Source of the DNA: Tubiluchus corallicola
Lineage: Eukaryota > Animalia > Priapulida
Assembly (NCBI GenBank): GCA_030141605.1
Contig: JAQGDQ010000609.1
Coordinates: 46,132-110,131 of the forward strand
Direction of reading: 5' to 3'
Length of the DNA stretch: 64,000 bases
Each line of letters starts with the position of its first letter. The stretch's first letter is position 1. The translations under genes and the position numbers were made by a program. The notes under the pieces were generated by a model. That model saw only the letters and a program-made list of their open reading frames with translations, made no database searches and had not been told where the DNA came from. Of this stretch, positions 28,991 through 41,999 are shown piece after piece.

Positions 28991-29752
28991 ACCAAACATG
29001 TACAGACACTATACAGCCTGTCAACCAATACTATTAAATCAACCTGACTAATATCGTAACCTAGATATATCACGATATTAAAAATAAAAATAACCATTTT
29101 TCGCCCCATTTTGCAATTATGTCTCTGTTTCTTTCTCAATTATTTCGTTTTGAATTTCACAAGTGAATTCATCACAAAAGCAATAAAGTGTTTGGAAAAC
29201 CAATTACTACTGTTCATCCGTCTCTCAATGATAACCATTGCATTTTTCTTATCATTGTATTTAATCAGTTTGATTACTGGTACTTGTAACTTTGTGAAAG
29301 TATTTGAAAACTCCAGGGTCAAACTCAACCCGAGGCGCGAATGCAACTCTGATCGATTAGCTACTGATTTTGGAAACAACATTCCATTTTCTGCTCGCTG
29401 GAATGAAATTTATTACTGAAATCAAACTCAGTGGAATTTTCCTGCATAAAATCGTAACGTAGGAACTCAATTAGTGATAATAATTACCCTGCGCTAAGTT
29501 TTCGTTCATATGTTGGTCGTTACATCATGACCGAGAGAACAGCCTTGACTACCTGTCTGCCGTAAAATATCAATCCGTAACTGCAGGCGGTATACTAGAG
29601 AATGCTGTCCCATTTCGTGGATACACCCCCTTTTTAGAATATATAATTTGAGCCGCATTTGCACACTTACTATTTATTCATTAAGCCTAAGTTCTGATGA
29701 AATTGACAAGAATTACTCTTGCAAGCAAAATGTAAGCACCGAACCGCCTCTT

Positions 29753-29816
<64 letters not shown>

Positions 29817-29932
29817 TTATGCACATACATTATACATTATATATATATACATTATACATTAGCAAAAAATAAAGTTTTATAGTGTTATTCACTATAAAAG
29901 TATGCAAGGAACTAGATCACTGCCTGTCATCC

Positions 29933-30625
29933 GTGTTTCTTCCTGTTTCTTCCTGTTTCTTCATGTTTCTCATGTTCTTCCTGTTTCTTCATGTTTCTTC
30001 ATGTTTCTCATGTTCTTCCTGTTTCTTCATGTTTCTTCATTTTTCTTCATGTTCTTCATGTTTCTTCATCTTTCTTAATGTTCTTTGTGTTTCTTCATGT
30101 TTCTTCATATTTCTTCATGTTTCTTCGTGTTATTCATGTTTCTTCATGTTTCTTCGTGTTTCTTCATGTTCTTTATGTTTGTTCCTGTTTCTTCATGTTC
30201 TTCATGTTTCTTCATGTTTCTTCCTGTTCTTTTTGTTTCTTCATATTTCTTCATTTTCTTCATGTTTCTTCATGTTTCTTCCCGTTCTTTTTGTTTCTTC
30301 ATATTTCTTCATTTTCTTCATGTTTCTTCCTGTTCTTTTTGTTTCTTCATATTTCTTCATTTTCTTCATGTTTCTTCATTTTTCTTCATGTTCTTCATGT
30401 TTCTTCGTGTTCTTCGTGTTCTTTATGTTTCTTCATGTTTCTGCCTGTTTGTTCCTGTTTCTTCATGTTCTTCATGTTTCTTCATGTTTCTTCCTGTTCT
30501 TTTTGTTTCTTCATATTTCTTCATTTTCTTCATGTTTCTTCATGTTTCTTCGTGTTTCTTCATGTTCTTCGTGTTTCTGCCTATTTCTGCCTGTTTGTTC
30601 CTGTTCTTCATGTTCTTCATGTTTC
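29933..30625. repeat. Degenerate 9-10 bp minisatellite (CATGTTTCTT / CATGTTCTT)n
   Basis: Directly visible; produces spurious ORFs in all three plus frames. Confidence 0.95.
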
Positions 30626-30740
30626 TAAAATACAGTTTTTAGGTTCAGCAGCTGAATGCCCTTTTTAACTAAATGCAATTTCTTGAATAAAAAAGAGATT
30701 TTTTTCACTACGCTCCACCCGTTATACAGCACGCAAAGGA

Positions 30741-31284
30741 AGGAAGACAGGATGATTTTCATGTACAACCCCATTTCCAAGTCCAATAAAAAGTTTACAT
30801 TGTAACACAATTAATACTCCAAAATCGCTTCTGATAATTAAATTATAGATTAAAATCTTAATTTTCAATAGCAAAAATGTTCTACGAGCGCGTTGCACGT
30901 GTTTGCGAAAGTGAAAGTGTGTTGTACTAAAACTAGGCAAGTTTTAAGATCAAAATTCAAATTTAAAATTTACCACTATACTCACAAATGAGCTGTCGAA
31001 CAATTGTGTAGTTCGTCACAAACTAACACATCAGAACTGAGAGGTACAGCACCTGTTTTTTGTGCAATGCATTTCCGAAATGCAGGCGCTAGTGCCCGTC
31101 AACTAGCTAATGGCGAAATGCATGTTACAGCGAAGAACTAGTGGCGCGAACGCGAAATTGTGTTTGTGTGATAATAATTCTTTCGCGTAAGTCATTCTTG
31201 AAAAAATAGTGTGTTTCCTTTCAATATTTTAAAGAATAGATTGTGTTTACCTACAGTTTAACATTGCGTCCAGTTTTGCTTTAA
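30741..31284 (+). mobile_element. Kolobok-like non-autonomous element, family K2 copy 2
   Basis: Colinear with 18102-18709 apart from internal deletions; right TTAA intact (31281-84), left TTAA not. Confidence 0.82.
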
Positions 31285-32809
31285 ATTCTTTTGCAGGAGA
31301 TATTTGCAGGTTTATTGTTTCCTAATGGAAAAACTATCATCTGCTGGCTCAAACCTATGACAATACTGAAACATCTTGTGAACCATAGATTCGAAACTGT
31401 AGCAAGAAACATCGCACTACAAAGAGGTTATTGAAGAAAATGTAGTGAAATTCACAATTGACTATGACAGTAAATGACAGTTGACTATGACAATAAATGA
31501 CAGTTGACTATTACAGTAAATGACAGTTGACCATGACAGTACATAATTGATTTGATTTCAAGAACTGTACTGGGATCAGTAGAATAAGGCAGGCAACGGA
31601 TGTAAAATTGGTCTTAAATAACAGAATCCTACATGTGGTTGCTCTGACTCATCTAATTAGTTAATTAATTAATTAATTTGTTAGTAGTTATAACAGTCAG
31701 TCATCTCATAATCACCATCATCATCATCTTCATCATCGTCATCGTCGTCGTTGTCGTCATCATCGTTCATCGTCATCATCAGCTCTTCATTATCAGCATC
31801 ACTTTACAAATGTTAACAGTTGTAACATTTTTAACAATGTGTAGCTCGATGGTAATGTATTTCATTTACATGTATAATGTAAAATAATTACGTCTTTTGT
31901 TAATGTGTTGAATACTAATGCCGTCCAATGCAGCTGCCAAGCTGTCATTTATGCGCCACGTGTCTTTTCTCGATTGTCTGACAGTCATTTTATTTCATAC
32001 TAGCAATTTTTTCACGCGCAGGGGGAATACAGACGACTAAACTCAACAGCGGTTGAAAATTCTTCACCATCATTTTTCGGTCAGTTATTTTCAATGCTGC
32101 GTGAATACGCGAGTACCAGCTCTGCTTGAACGATCTTACCCAAATTTGCTTTTTAGGGAGGTACCATTCCTTCTCCCTGCCTTGCACTTTTTACTCGAAT
32201 TTCTTCAAATATGATCCGAAGTTAATAAATTAGGCGACTCGTTTCAACTGTCTTGCTAATCGCATTTTGTATGAACTATTAATCCATGTTAATAACGGGT
32301 TTAATGCCAGGATCAGTGAGACCACGCCCCACCCCTAGTCCCAGCATGTGCAATAGCGCGTATACCTGTATGATTACTGAACACCGCCTGCGTCTGCTTT
32401 ATTCTACCTGTTCAAGTCGCGCGGTTGAGACTGCTGTTCGTGTTTCGGAGCAGATGTTGAATATCGTGGTTACATCTGCTTCGACCTGGTTTACATTGCT
32501 GTATACTAATTGAATCAGCTTCATCAATTGTAATACTTTTATCTATCGACAGAGACAGCGTTCTAATACCTGTGCAAGGGATTTGGTGTTGTGTACATCA
32601 CTCGCTTTCATCATCGTTTTCTTCAGTAAGACCGTTACCTGGTATTTATGACTCTATAACAAAGTTTAAATATTCCTGGGTGAAATATGTTTGCTTTGCA
32701 ATGTTTAATGCGAAATCATATCTTGCCTAGAATCAATGTGTACGTGTGAGGAATTATTTGCTAACCTGCAGTGGGTCAATACAGAGCTGTAAATACTGTA
32801 CGCGAGCCG

Positions 32810-35455
32810 ATGGCGTTGAATAAGAAGAAGAAAGAGGTTAAAAAGTCGCAGTATTATGTATGGTTTATTGGAACTAAAGAGGCTAGAGGATTACGAGGCG
32901 AGGAATTCATACGACCAGTGGTCAATCAGTTCTTAGAGGAAAACAACGACGACATATCGAAGGTCACACTTCAACTGAGCGAGAAGGGAATGAAAATTGT
33001 GCAGGTTGTGCAAAAGAAGGCTAACAGATCGAAATCAGAAACGATTAAGTATTTTATACCTGACCATTGCATAACGTGTGCTTACCAAAGTCCGCCACCC
33101 CACGACGATATTGTCTCTTGCATTTTGCTCATATATAATCCGGAAACAGAATGTCCAGTACATGTCCACTCATACCGAACTGACTCTGTTGAGACGGCAT
33201 CTCTTCTTTTTACCCACCTACAGCAACTAATCAACAAGCCAGAAAACCAGCAGAAATTTGAGATTTTAGAAAAGAAGTTGGTCGGACAAGGCTTGCTGCC
33301 CTCCACAAAAGTTACTGTGGAAACTGACCAGAGGAGTGCGGGTGGAACTTCTCCAGAAAGCAGCGATAGTATGCACGAACAAGAGGCAAAAGAGGCACCT
33401 TGTGCTTACCCCACCAGAGACCATGTGTATATGCCAAACAATAACATGACTGCTTTAATGGAACAGTTGACAAATGAACTAAGTGATAAACTAAAAAGTA
33501 GACAACCGCAACCGATCTTACTGCCTCCAAAAGATTATGACACGATAACGCGTCGACACGGTGATGTGTACAATTCTGAAAATCGCAAGAGCCTTCAAGT
33601 CAACATTGTTGGTCCAAATGCCGTCCATGTAACTGAGGAGCAGGAAACGGTTGATACAGTTCCAACAAATTCCGTAAGATACTTCCATGAGCGACAACAA
33701 AGCAGTGGTTTAGGCAGCAGCCTTCCCGAATCACCTCCGAGACAACGAGCTGTTGATAATAAGTGGCGGTACAACACGACAAATTCCGAGAGAACTTCAG
33801 ACAGACATGACAATGAGCATGACAGCGGCCATCATTCAGATGATGATCATCCATTTATGGCTGATGATGGATTCATGTACGTTAAACCACCCGGCAGACA
33901 GCAATCCCCAGATGAACAGGGTCCCGGTATCATGGTAAGACCATACTCTAAACGAGAGCCATCATCACCATCTAAAAGCATAGACTCAGGAATCGCTAGA
34001 AATAATAACAGCTTTAGAGAGCATGACAGCAAAAGAGACAAGTGGAACATTAGCGGAGGAGAATCTGAGCAAAAAAGAAGTTCAGTGAGATCTGCCCAGT
34101 TGAAAACATCGGAGCAGGGTACAAAAGGCGAAATTGGCATTGTGCGTGTTGCTGATGTAAATCAACCACGTGATTTTAATGATAGGTCACGAGTCGACAG
34201 CAGCAGGCTTCACAGAGACGAATCAGAATCAAACAGACAAATGTACAATAATAATGACAGATTTGATGACCAGAAAATGAAATATCAGAGGTCACCTGAA
34301 CGACAAAGTAGTTTTTCACGTCAGCAACCCCAGAATCCTGACGATTACAGGGTTGATTACCATGGTTACAGAAATTCTCCAAGACTAACCAGGTCTTCCT
34401 ATCATGCAGGATATACCGGACGCTATGAGCCAGACATAAGTCCTATTAGTGATCCTCCCAAAAGAGTAAGTGATACAAGAAGATACGATTCCACACCTGC
34501 ATTGCACATTGAACCTTACGAGTCACGCATTTCACGTCCAGTTCAGCGACAAGCGTCACCAAGAAGTAAATATGAAGTAAGTGATGAAGCACCTAACATG
34601 TACCGTCCTAAGCATTCATCGGGCGGCAGCCATGGCTCGCCGTCTAGAAGAAGTTATGAGTCGCCACGTTTGCAACGGCATCAGAGTGACGTGTCTCCTC
34701 TACTTCATCGCCATCGCAATGCAGAGTGGACAAAATCATCTCCCAATGTCTACTCCGGTCGAGAAGAACCGATGAGGAGTCCGTATAGGGGATCGCCCAG
34801 AATGCCTGTTGTCGATGAGGACTTCCCAGACATGCCGCCAGTGGGGTACACCAATCCAGAATTTGATCGTGTCGTGGAAAGAAAAAGGCAACAAAGACAA
34901 CAACGTGACTACGAACCTGCACCTCACCCACCCTTACGTTACCGCCACAGTTCACCACCGGCTTACCAAAACCGTGCAATACCTAGCCCTTCTTCTGCAA
35001 ATCAACCACGTTGGAGATCAAACTCACCTTCCCATCATTCACCTAGACTAAGTGCTCATCCACCGTCCCCATTGCAAAATCCTGACCCGGCAAGCTCGTA
35101 CCAGCAATACCCGCCACCTCGTAACCAATCACCGGTTCACCGACAACCGCCAAGTCCACGTACAATGCCACCTTCGCCGCATATCAAGCAGCCAATGCCG
35201 CCATCACCGTCTTCTCGTTACCAACCCAGCTCACCTGGAGGAGGAATGGTTCCCGATATGCCAAAAAATTACCAGGTAATGTATCGGCGAGAAGAGCCGC
35301 CACCTCCGATGTATCGGCGGGAAGAGCCGCCACCGCCGATGTACTCTCCTCAGCTGATTGAGCCAGAGAGGCAGAGACCACACAGGGATGTTCGACGAGC
35401 AAAATCATTCCAGATGGCAGCACGACCGCCAATAGCTGTTTACCAACGAAGATAG
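32810..35455 (+). CDS. PTB/PID-like domain protein with a long disordered Ser/Pro/Arg-rich tail (881 aa from ATG 32810)
   Basis: Uninterrupted 2.6-kb ORF. The N-terminal about 150 aa (YYVWFIGTKEARGLRG...KVTLQLSEKGMKIV...VHVHSYRTDSVETASLLFTHL) follows the PTB strand/helix pattern. First ATG is at 32810; the track's 32771 start is GTG. Confidence 0.85.
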   Translation: MALNKKKKEVKKSQYYVWFIGTKEARGLRGEEFIRPVVNQFLEENNDDISKVTLQLSEKGMKIVQVVQKKANRSKSETIKYFIPDHCITCAYQSPPPHDDIVSCILLIYNPETECPVHVHSYRTDSVETASLLFTHLQQLINKPENQQKFEILEKKLVGQGLLPSTKVTVETDQRSAGGTSPESSDSMHEQEAKEAPCAYPTRDHVYMPNNNMTALMEQLTNELSDKLKSRQPQPILLPPKDYDTITRRHGDVYNSENRKSLQVNIVGPNAVHVTEEQETVDTVPTNSVRYFHERQQSSGLGSSLPESPPRQRAVDNKWRYNTTNSERTSDRHDNEHDSGHHSDDDHPFMADDGFMYVKPPGRQQSPDEQGPGIMVRPYSKREPSSPSKSIDSGIARNNNSFREHDSKRDKWNISGGESEQKRSSVRSAQLKTSEQGTKGEIGIVRVADVNQPRDFNDRSRVDSSRLHRDESESNRQMYNNNDRFDDQKMKYQRSPERQSSFSRQQPQNPDDYRVDYHGYRNSPRLTRSSYHAGYTGRYEPDISPISDPPKRVSDTRRYDSTPALHIEPYESRISRPVQRQASPRSKYEVSDEAPNMYRPKHSSGGSHGSPSRRSYESPRLQRHQSDVSPLLHRHRNAEWTKSSPNVYSGREEPMRSPYRGSPRMPVVDEDFPDMPPVGYTNPEFDRVVERKRQQRQQRDYEPAPHPPLRYRHSSPPAYQNRAIPSPSSANQPRWRSNSPSHHSPRLSAHPPSPLQNPDPASSYQQYPPPRNQSPVHRQPPSPRTMPPSPHIKQPMPPSPSSRYQPSSPGGGMVPDMPKNYQVMYRREEPPPPMYRREEPPPPMYSPQLIEPERQRPHRDVRRAKSFQMAARPPIAVYQRR

Positions 35456-35714
35456 GACCTATTGCCACATGTAACACAGTGTACCTAAAACTGGTCTGAG
35501 GAAAACTATTATAATTATATTCTTTCAACTAGTTAACTGGAGAGGCTGAGACCACACAGAGATGTTCGACGAGCAAAATCACTCCAGATGGCAGCACGAC
35601 CACCAATAGCTGTTTACCAACGAAGATAGGACCTATTGCCACATGTAACACAGTGTACCTAAAACTGGTCTGAGGAAAACTATTATAATTATATTCTTTC
35701 AACTAGTTAACTGG
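35367..35714 (+). repeat. 174-bp tandem duplication spanning the PTB gene stop codon
   Basis: 35367-35540 and 35541-35714; four substitutions seen by eye. Confidence 0.95.
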
Positions 35715-36653
35715 ACAAGAACATCCATGTGTTTTGTATATGCATGAATGCTAATCGAAGAAGCTGATTTGTCATCACAGGGTCGTTTTTTCAGTACAAA
35801 TTGCTGTGAACATCACCATTTTGGGGGAGAAAAACAACTGTTATCATCAGCCATCTCTACGACGTTCTTGTCCTCGTTTGGTGAGATAATTTCCCGCAAA
35901 ATTGTCGACTGGCTGAAGTTTCAAAAAATTTCAGCGGCGCCATTGTGTATATTCATGAGCTGTTTGCAAACTGTGTCACTTAACAGCAAGCAGAGCGTGT
36001 ACCAGTCTAAGCTAGCGTGAGTGCTGATCATTAACTAGTGTAGAAAACTAGCCTCTTGTTTAAAATCACCTAAACAGACAAAATCTAATCTTATGTACAT
36101 ATAGGAAGTAAGTTGATGGTGCTTAAGATAATGCGTGAAGGCTATAATAATAGGCTTGTAAATTTTACGAATGTGCTTTTATAAAAAAAACTTGTAAAAT
36201 TGAAAACGTGTGATAACAGCTGTACGTATGTTTATAGTACTTTAATAGCAGTTTTATTATTTTTATATAATACTGTGTGTTTTTGACGAGTTGTAACACG
36301 ATTTTACTAAAATGTTGAATGTTTGATTAGCATCGTTGAGCGCCAATTGAGCTGTAGACTTATTTATTATTAATCCGAAAATGGCTGATGGGCCTATGTA
36401 ACAAGAGTAAATGCGTGATGATGGTGATGATAATAATAATAGGCTGTGTTCTGTTTTGGTATCATGTATGAAACGGATGATTTAATGATTTAGAACATTT
36501 TAATTGGTGTAATTAATTCGTTGCCAACTCTTGCTGTTAAATACGCAATTTGTGTAGAGTATAAATCATAAACTTTGTCTTATAATTATGATTAACTTAA
36601 TTAACCTGTGATCACGTTTTATTATTAAATACAAGTTGTACAGACTAGTGTAA

Positions 36654-36659
36654 AATAAA
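36654..36659 (+). promoter_or_regulatory. Candidate polyadenylation signal of the PTB gene
   Basis: AATAAA about 1.2 kb after the stop, following AT-rich UTR-like sequence. Confidence 0.35.
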
Positions 36660-37433
36660 GACTTTATTTAGAATTTACTTTATCGATGCGAATGCGAAAC
36701 GTTGCAACTAAGAAAAGACTTGAAACTTAAGGGCGTTCACACACCTCCAACTGCAGTTGGACAAACCTTTTCCAATTGCGATACTCGTTGAGCGCATGAC
36801 ACACGCATGACTGTAGTAGAATTTTTTAAACTTTGGAGCTTACAAAACCCAAGCAAAGTTGGACAATAGCAGTTACAATGACTAAGGCACGTGTAAGTTT
36901 TGCCTTTTCAACTGTAGGCCGAGTTAGAATAAAGAGAATTTATTGTGAATAAGAAACATAATTTCATATTTTTAATATTTTATTGCATATTTATTTTCAA
37001 ATTTTCATTTAGCCTGTAGCAATCGACCTGTTACTTTTGTAAGAACTGCTTAAGAAGCTCTTGAAGTTTAATATTTCCTGATTTTGGCATCTGAATATTT
37101 GATGAACTAGCACATCGGCACGTCAAAGCAGAGAAACTTACAGATGATATTATTAGAACCAGAACAAACCGAACGTTAAGATAAAATGCTGATTTCTCTT
37201 GTCTTGCATAATATTACGAACCTATCATTATTAATCTAGCAAAAATACTAAAATTTTTCATTACTCGTTAAGTAACAGGAACACTTTTTCGATACAAAAC
37301 GTGAAACTCTTCTTAACGTAAAGGAAATTTTTTTATACATTTAAAATTACACTTATGCAATATAGCTACCGTACGAAACTTTAAGTTTTTGTTATGCAAA
37401 AACCGAGAGCACATGGTCACTAATTAAATAAAT

Positions 37434-37603
37434 CCAGGTAAAAAAGTCACAGTAAAAATGTCACTGTAAAAAAGTCACAGTAAAAAACTCACAAGAAAAA
37501 GTCGCAAGAGAAAAATGACAGGAAAAAAGAAATAACCCTAACTCTTAATCCTAGCCCTACAAAATATAGAACAAAACCTGATTTTTTTCACATACATGTA
37601 ATG

Positions 37604-37684
<81 letters not shown>

Positions 37685-37826
37685 ATATGTACAGGTCATG
37701 TATTGCCAGTTAATATATGATTTAAAATATTTTCTGTTTTATTACTTTAACTCTTTACGGCACTTTCTGTCTTAGACAAAATTGTGACTTTTTCTCTGAC
37801 TTTTTTCCTGTGACTTTTGTCCCGGC
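37434..37826. mobile_element. MITE-like element with inverted arrays of about 14-bp subterminal repeats
   Basis: (GTAAAAAAGTCACA)n on the left, (TGTGACTTTTT.C)n on the right, (TA)n in the centre. No TSD identified. Confidence 0.65.
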
Positions 37827-38526
37827 CAGCTATAATGTAACATGAACATTTCATAAGTCTAAAAGAACACGTCACGCATGCAGTTGAGTTAATTAACGAG
37901 TTTATTTAACCAACTGATTAATAAAATGTAGTTCGACAAAGTTCTGTTTCGTTGATCTCGGATCAAAAGAAAAAACCGAAGTACAGCCTTCAGTTGTACT
38001 TGAAAAAGATTTAAAGAAAAATAAATCTTTTTTTGCTCGGTTAGGCTGAATTCAAAGTCACGCGAAAAGAAGATGCTGCTTAATTAGTTGCTCTTGGCCC
38101 AGAATGTGATGATTAACGGACGCTTAGCTCATTCCAAACACACACTAAAGCCTAGCTTGGAAATAAACCTTGAATGGACAGGAATTGTGAGTTCAACAAA
38201 GGTTGATAGTAGAACTGTTCAAGTTCAGCGAACAAAGCGCCCCCATTAAACACGTGTTTGAACACCACTCTGCAATTTTAACTCTCTTCTGAACTCTGGT
38301 CGTCACCTGTCACGTTTGATGTGTCAACACATTAGAAACTGGACGAACTTTAACGTTTGAACAGGTTTAAAAGACCATGGCGTAGCAGGTGAAAGGAGCT
38401 ACAGGTTTACTAATAAAGAATTAGTTGCATGAACTCAAATGAAATGAGCAGTAAAGAAAATGTATTGTTACTATGATAATAATGCTATAAATGCTTAATG
38501 CTATAAATGCTTTTGCAAATCTTACC

Positions 38527-38961
38527 TCGGATGAATTCCTATCGTCTTTCGCCCGTATATAAACAGTCTGTTGGTGATGAAATTTAACTCTCGTCGTGTT
38601 TTCTATATGCTGTTTTGTTTTTATTTACGATTATGTGAATTTACATTAGAATTGGTAATTATGTTTATTATAACTGTACTCGCTGTTTTTCATTGTGTAT
38701 AATGTGTGTAAATTTTTGTTACTAAGTATTAAAATATGTTCGTTATCTTTTATTATGTATGTATGTAGTGTTGGATTATAATTTGTAACTATGTCTATTG
38801 TATATGATCGTTGTCATTCAATGTGTCTCATGCGTTGGATTCTACATTATATATATATATATATGTGTGAATGGGTTTAATACGTTGTAAATGCTTTTAG
38901 AAATTTTAAACATATCCCTACAAATAGAGGGAATGTATTCTGTACATAGTTTTTAAAAATA

Positions 38962-39034
<73 letters not shown>

Positions 39035-39101
39035 TGTAATTTTAACGACCCTTGTCCAAAATTTTCCACGCATCTAAGAGGCGTGCTGTTCCAAAATACC
39101 T
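38527..39101 (+). mobile_element. Interspersed repeat R2, copy 1 (LINE-like 3'UTR with (TAA)n tail plus shared flank)
   Basis: Reverse complement of about 62644-63174 over its whole length. Confidence 0.88.
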
Positions 39102-40337
39102 TGTGTCCAAATGACTTGCACGATCTAAACACGTTATGCTCAAAAGATTGTGTCCAGGTAACTTTTGTGCTCAAATATCCTGCGTGTTTAAATTGCCTGT
39201 GTCCAAAAGTGTCGAATAATATGTGTACCAATGCCGCAAAGTAATGATTTTGTGCCACAAAGTAATGATTTTGCAGATGTGCAATATTCACGATGTTCCC
39301 AATGTATCTAAATATGCAGATGTGTTAGGTATTCATAATGGTAAGCTTAATCATTTAGTGCTTGTTTGTAATGATTGGCTGACAAACCCTACAGGCAGTA
39401 CCGAGTATTGTGGGAGGACAAATCCACCGGACATTAAACTAAAACACAAAATTATAGCTCACCCATGGCCGGTTTATCCTATATTGGTATAAGCTGCAGC
39501 ATTTGAGGGCCCTCGTGCTTTGATAACGTTTGATTAAAAATCTGTTTTTAATTAGGGTTGTGTTGAAATATGTGCTAATTTGGTTTGCAATAAATAGTAA
39601 ACAGTGGTATTTCTTAAAGAATGTTTTTATTGACAAACAAAAGATAAACTATTCTAGTTTAATTAAAGAATTTGTAATAAGTTTATTTCAAGCTATTGTA
39701 GAAGTCGCTAAATTATGTGCTGGTACCGCCTGCGTTAATATGAGAGAATTGGTTGGCATCCTTCTGTCTCAGAAGACAATGGAGTGTGCGCCAAGAGAGT
39801 CAGTTATTGATCACATTGATGGAGCTGCAGCGTCGACTGTGGCTGAGCAGTGCGATCCTTAAACGTCTCCAGGGCGCACGTCTGGGAGATCCTGAGTTGC
39901 CCAAACACCAGGAACCCCCCCTCTCTTCCTCCCTGGTGTAGTCCAAAGGAAAGCGGAGCGACACGTTTGGCGCCATGTTGGCTGCAGGAGCTGCCAGAGC
40001 CAGTGAGCATGATGCACTGGTCCGCCTTCCGGACTCCACTCCTGATTTGGAAAGTTTACTGAATGAGAGAATGAATTCGTAGTTATGCAAATTTTGGAGC
40101 CAATATTACCTGAAATGAAAAACACAACAAACTCAGCTTGGGTTTGAGATTTGGATTACAAATTCCATCCTCTGTCCATTAGACCACACAGTCACTTTTC
40201 TTTAATCGCATTTACATTTCTAATCGAGCTTGGTTTTGCAGAAATTTAATAATAGTTAGGTTTTATTAAAATTGTCATCCTGCAATTAAATTTCTAATTA
40301 GTTAGTTTACATTGACAACAGTATATTAGTCTATGGA

Positions 40338-40485
40338 GTAAAGGAAAGCTGTGTTAAATAACGATTTTGACTAAACTGGTGATTAAATTATTAAATTAGT
40401 AATTCAAGATTAAATGCTTGACGATGTAAGAGTAAATTATCGTCGTGGCTAGAAGTTCAGCTAGGTGTGGCGTAGCACGTGATGA
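40338..40485 (+). repeat. Interspersed repeat R3 (direct copy at about 62487-62612)
   Basis: GTAAAGGAAAGCTGT...CTTGACGATG.AAGA...GCTAGGTGTGGC...CACGTGATGA shared. Confidence 0.75.
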
Positions 40486-41164
40486 ACTGATGTCCGACCG
40501 GCTGATTCAGAAGTAAAGATTGATGATGTAATCCTTATGCGCAGAAGCTCACCACGCATTAGGTAATTAGACAAAAGTTCTTTGAGCCCACCGCACCTCG
40601 GGGGAGATTGGGAACTGACTTGAAGACGGAGGGCTGGCATTACTATCCTCTTATATTTACCGCGTTGTGTTCGATATTTAATAAATGTGTAGTTTACTAA
40701 ATAAGGTCTTGATAGTTTGCCATGATACAATAAACAACAATAATCAGCAAACACCTATAACCTCTACAATAAACAGACTTTAACGCAACCACTAAACCAA
40801 TTATGTTAATTATTGTATTAAAATGTATTTCAGAAGTTGGTATTAAAGTTACTGAACGTGTTTATTGAGACAGCGCAGAGGTTGTCTAACCACAACTCAG
40901 AATGTTACACCTGACGTCGCCCGCTGCATATGTTGTCATTTTTCATTTAAATGACTTCTCTTTTTGCTTTAAAGTTTAACCCTCCTGCACGGATTTGTCT
41001 AATGACAGTTCAGAATGTGGACGCACTGTAGAACGAACTGGTTTTTCCTTAATCCGTCAGGCGAAATCGAATTAGTGCAACAAACCCTCAATCTGTAGAG
41101 ACATGCGAACTTCCTGTGTGCCCTTTTACTCAAAACTGACGTCAAAACTGGTCAGTTTTTGCAA

Positions 41165-41540
41165 CAAAATATGAATCTGTAGGTTGTGGCCTGTTGCGTT
41201 GTTTTCATTTCAGTAGTCTGACTCTGTTGGTTCTGTCCCATGGCTTTGTTTCATTTCAGTAGTATGGCTCTGTAGGTTCTATTTCACTGCATTGTTTTCA
41301 TTTTAGTAGTACGAACCTGTAAGTTCTCGCTCACCACATTGTTTTCATTTATGTAGTATGACTCTGCAGGTTCTGTTCCCATGACATTGTTTCATTTCAG
41401 CAGTATGGCTCTGTAGGCTCTGACCCACCACATTGTTTTCATTACAGTAATATGACTTTGTAGATTCCGTTCCAATCATATTTGTTTTCATTTTAGTAGT
41501 ACGAACGTGTAGTTCTAGCCCACTGCATTGCTTTCATACG
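41165..41540. repeat. Degenerate minisatellite of about 43 bp
   Basis: Recurring TTGTTTTCATTT.AGTAGTATG.CTCTGTAGGTTCT. Confidence 0.8.
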
Positions 41541-41999
41541 TTCATACATTTCAGTTACAGATTCTATATCAACTGAATTGCATATAATGTGATTAACAAC
41601 AATACTGCTAAGTTGTATGTGCCTTTTGCACAGACTATTTATTTATTTCGTACACACATACCAATTTTTCAGTAACAATTTTTTAGTATTTCTTTCGCTC
41701 GTTTCATTTCACGTGCAAAATTTCATGGAAGTGAAAATTCAAAAGTCAAAATAAAAAACGGGGATGTGAATTTTGCGAAAAACCGTTTATTAATGTACTT
41801 ATGCAAAGCTCGATTCGTTTATAAGCTTGGTTACCCCCCCCCCCCCCCGGTTGAAGTGCTGAGAGCTTTCAGAACTAAACGTTTAACGTTTACGCATTCT
41901 CGAGGTTTATCTTGGGTTGTCTAAAATTTTTGAAAATCTATAACAATCACTTTTAGATTTTTATGATTTCGTCATTACTGCTGATAAATCTGTGTCGTC

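Noticed and set aside
29882-30668. Hydrophobic membrane-protein-like ORFs
   Set aside because: All three plus frames are open across a 9-10 bp tandem repeat.
32771-32809. GTG start for the PTB gene
   Set aside because: Eukaryotic gene; ATG 32810 directly precedes the domain. An upstream exon spliced at CTGCAG (32766-71) cannot be excluded.
33082-35528. Antisense and alternative-frame ORFs within the PTB gene (and similarly within the DCX and transporter genes)
   Set aside because: Short shadows of real coding sequence with no recognisable features.
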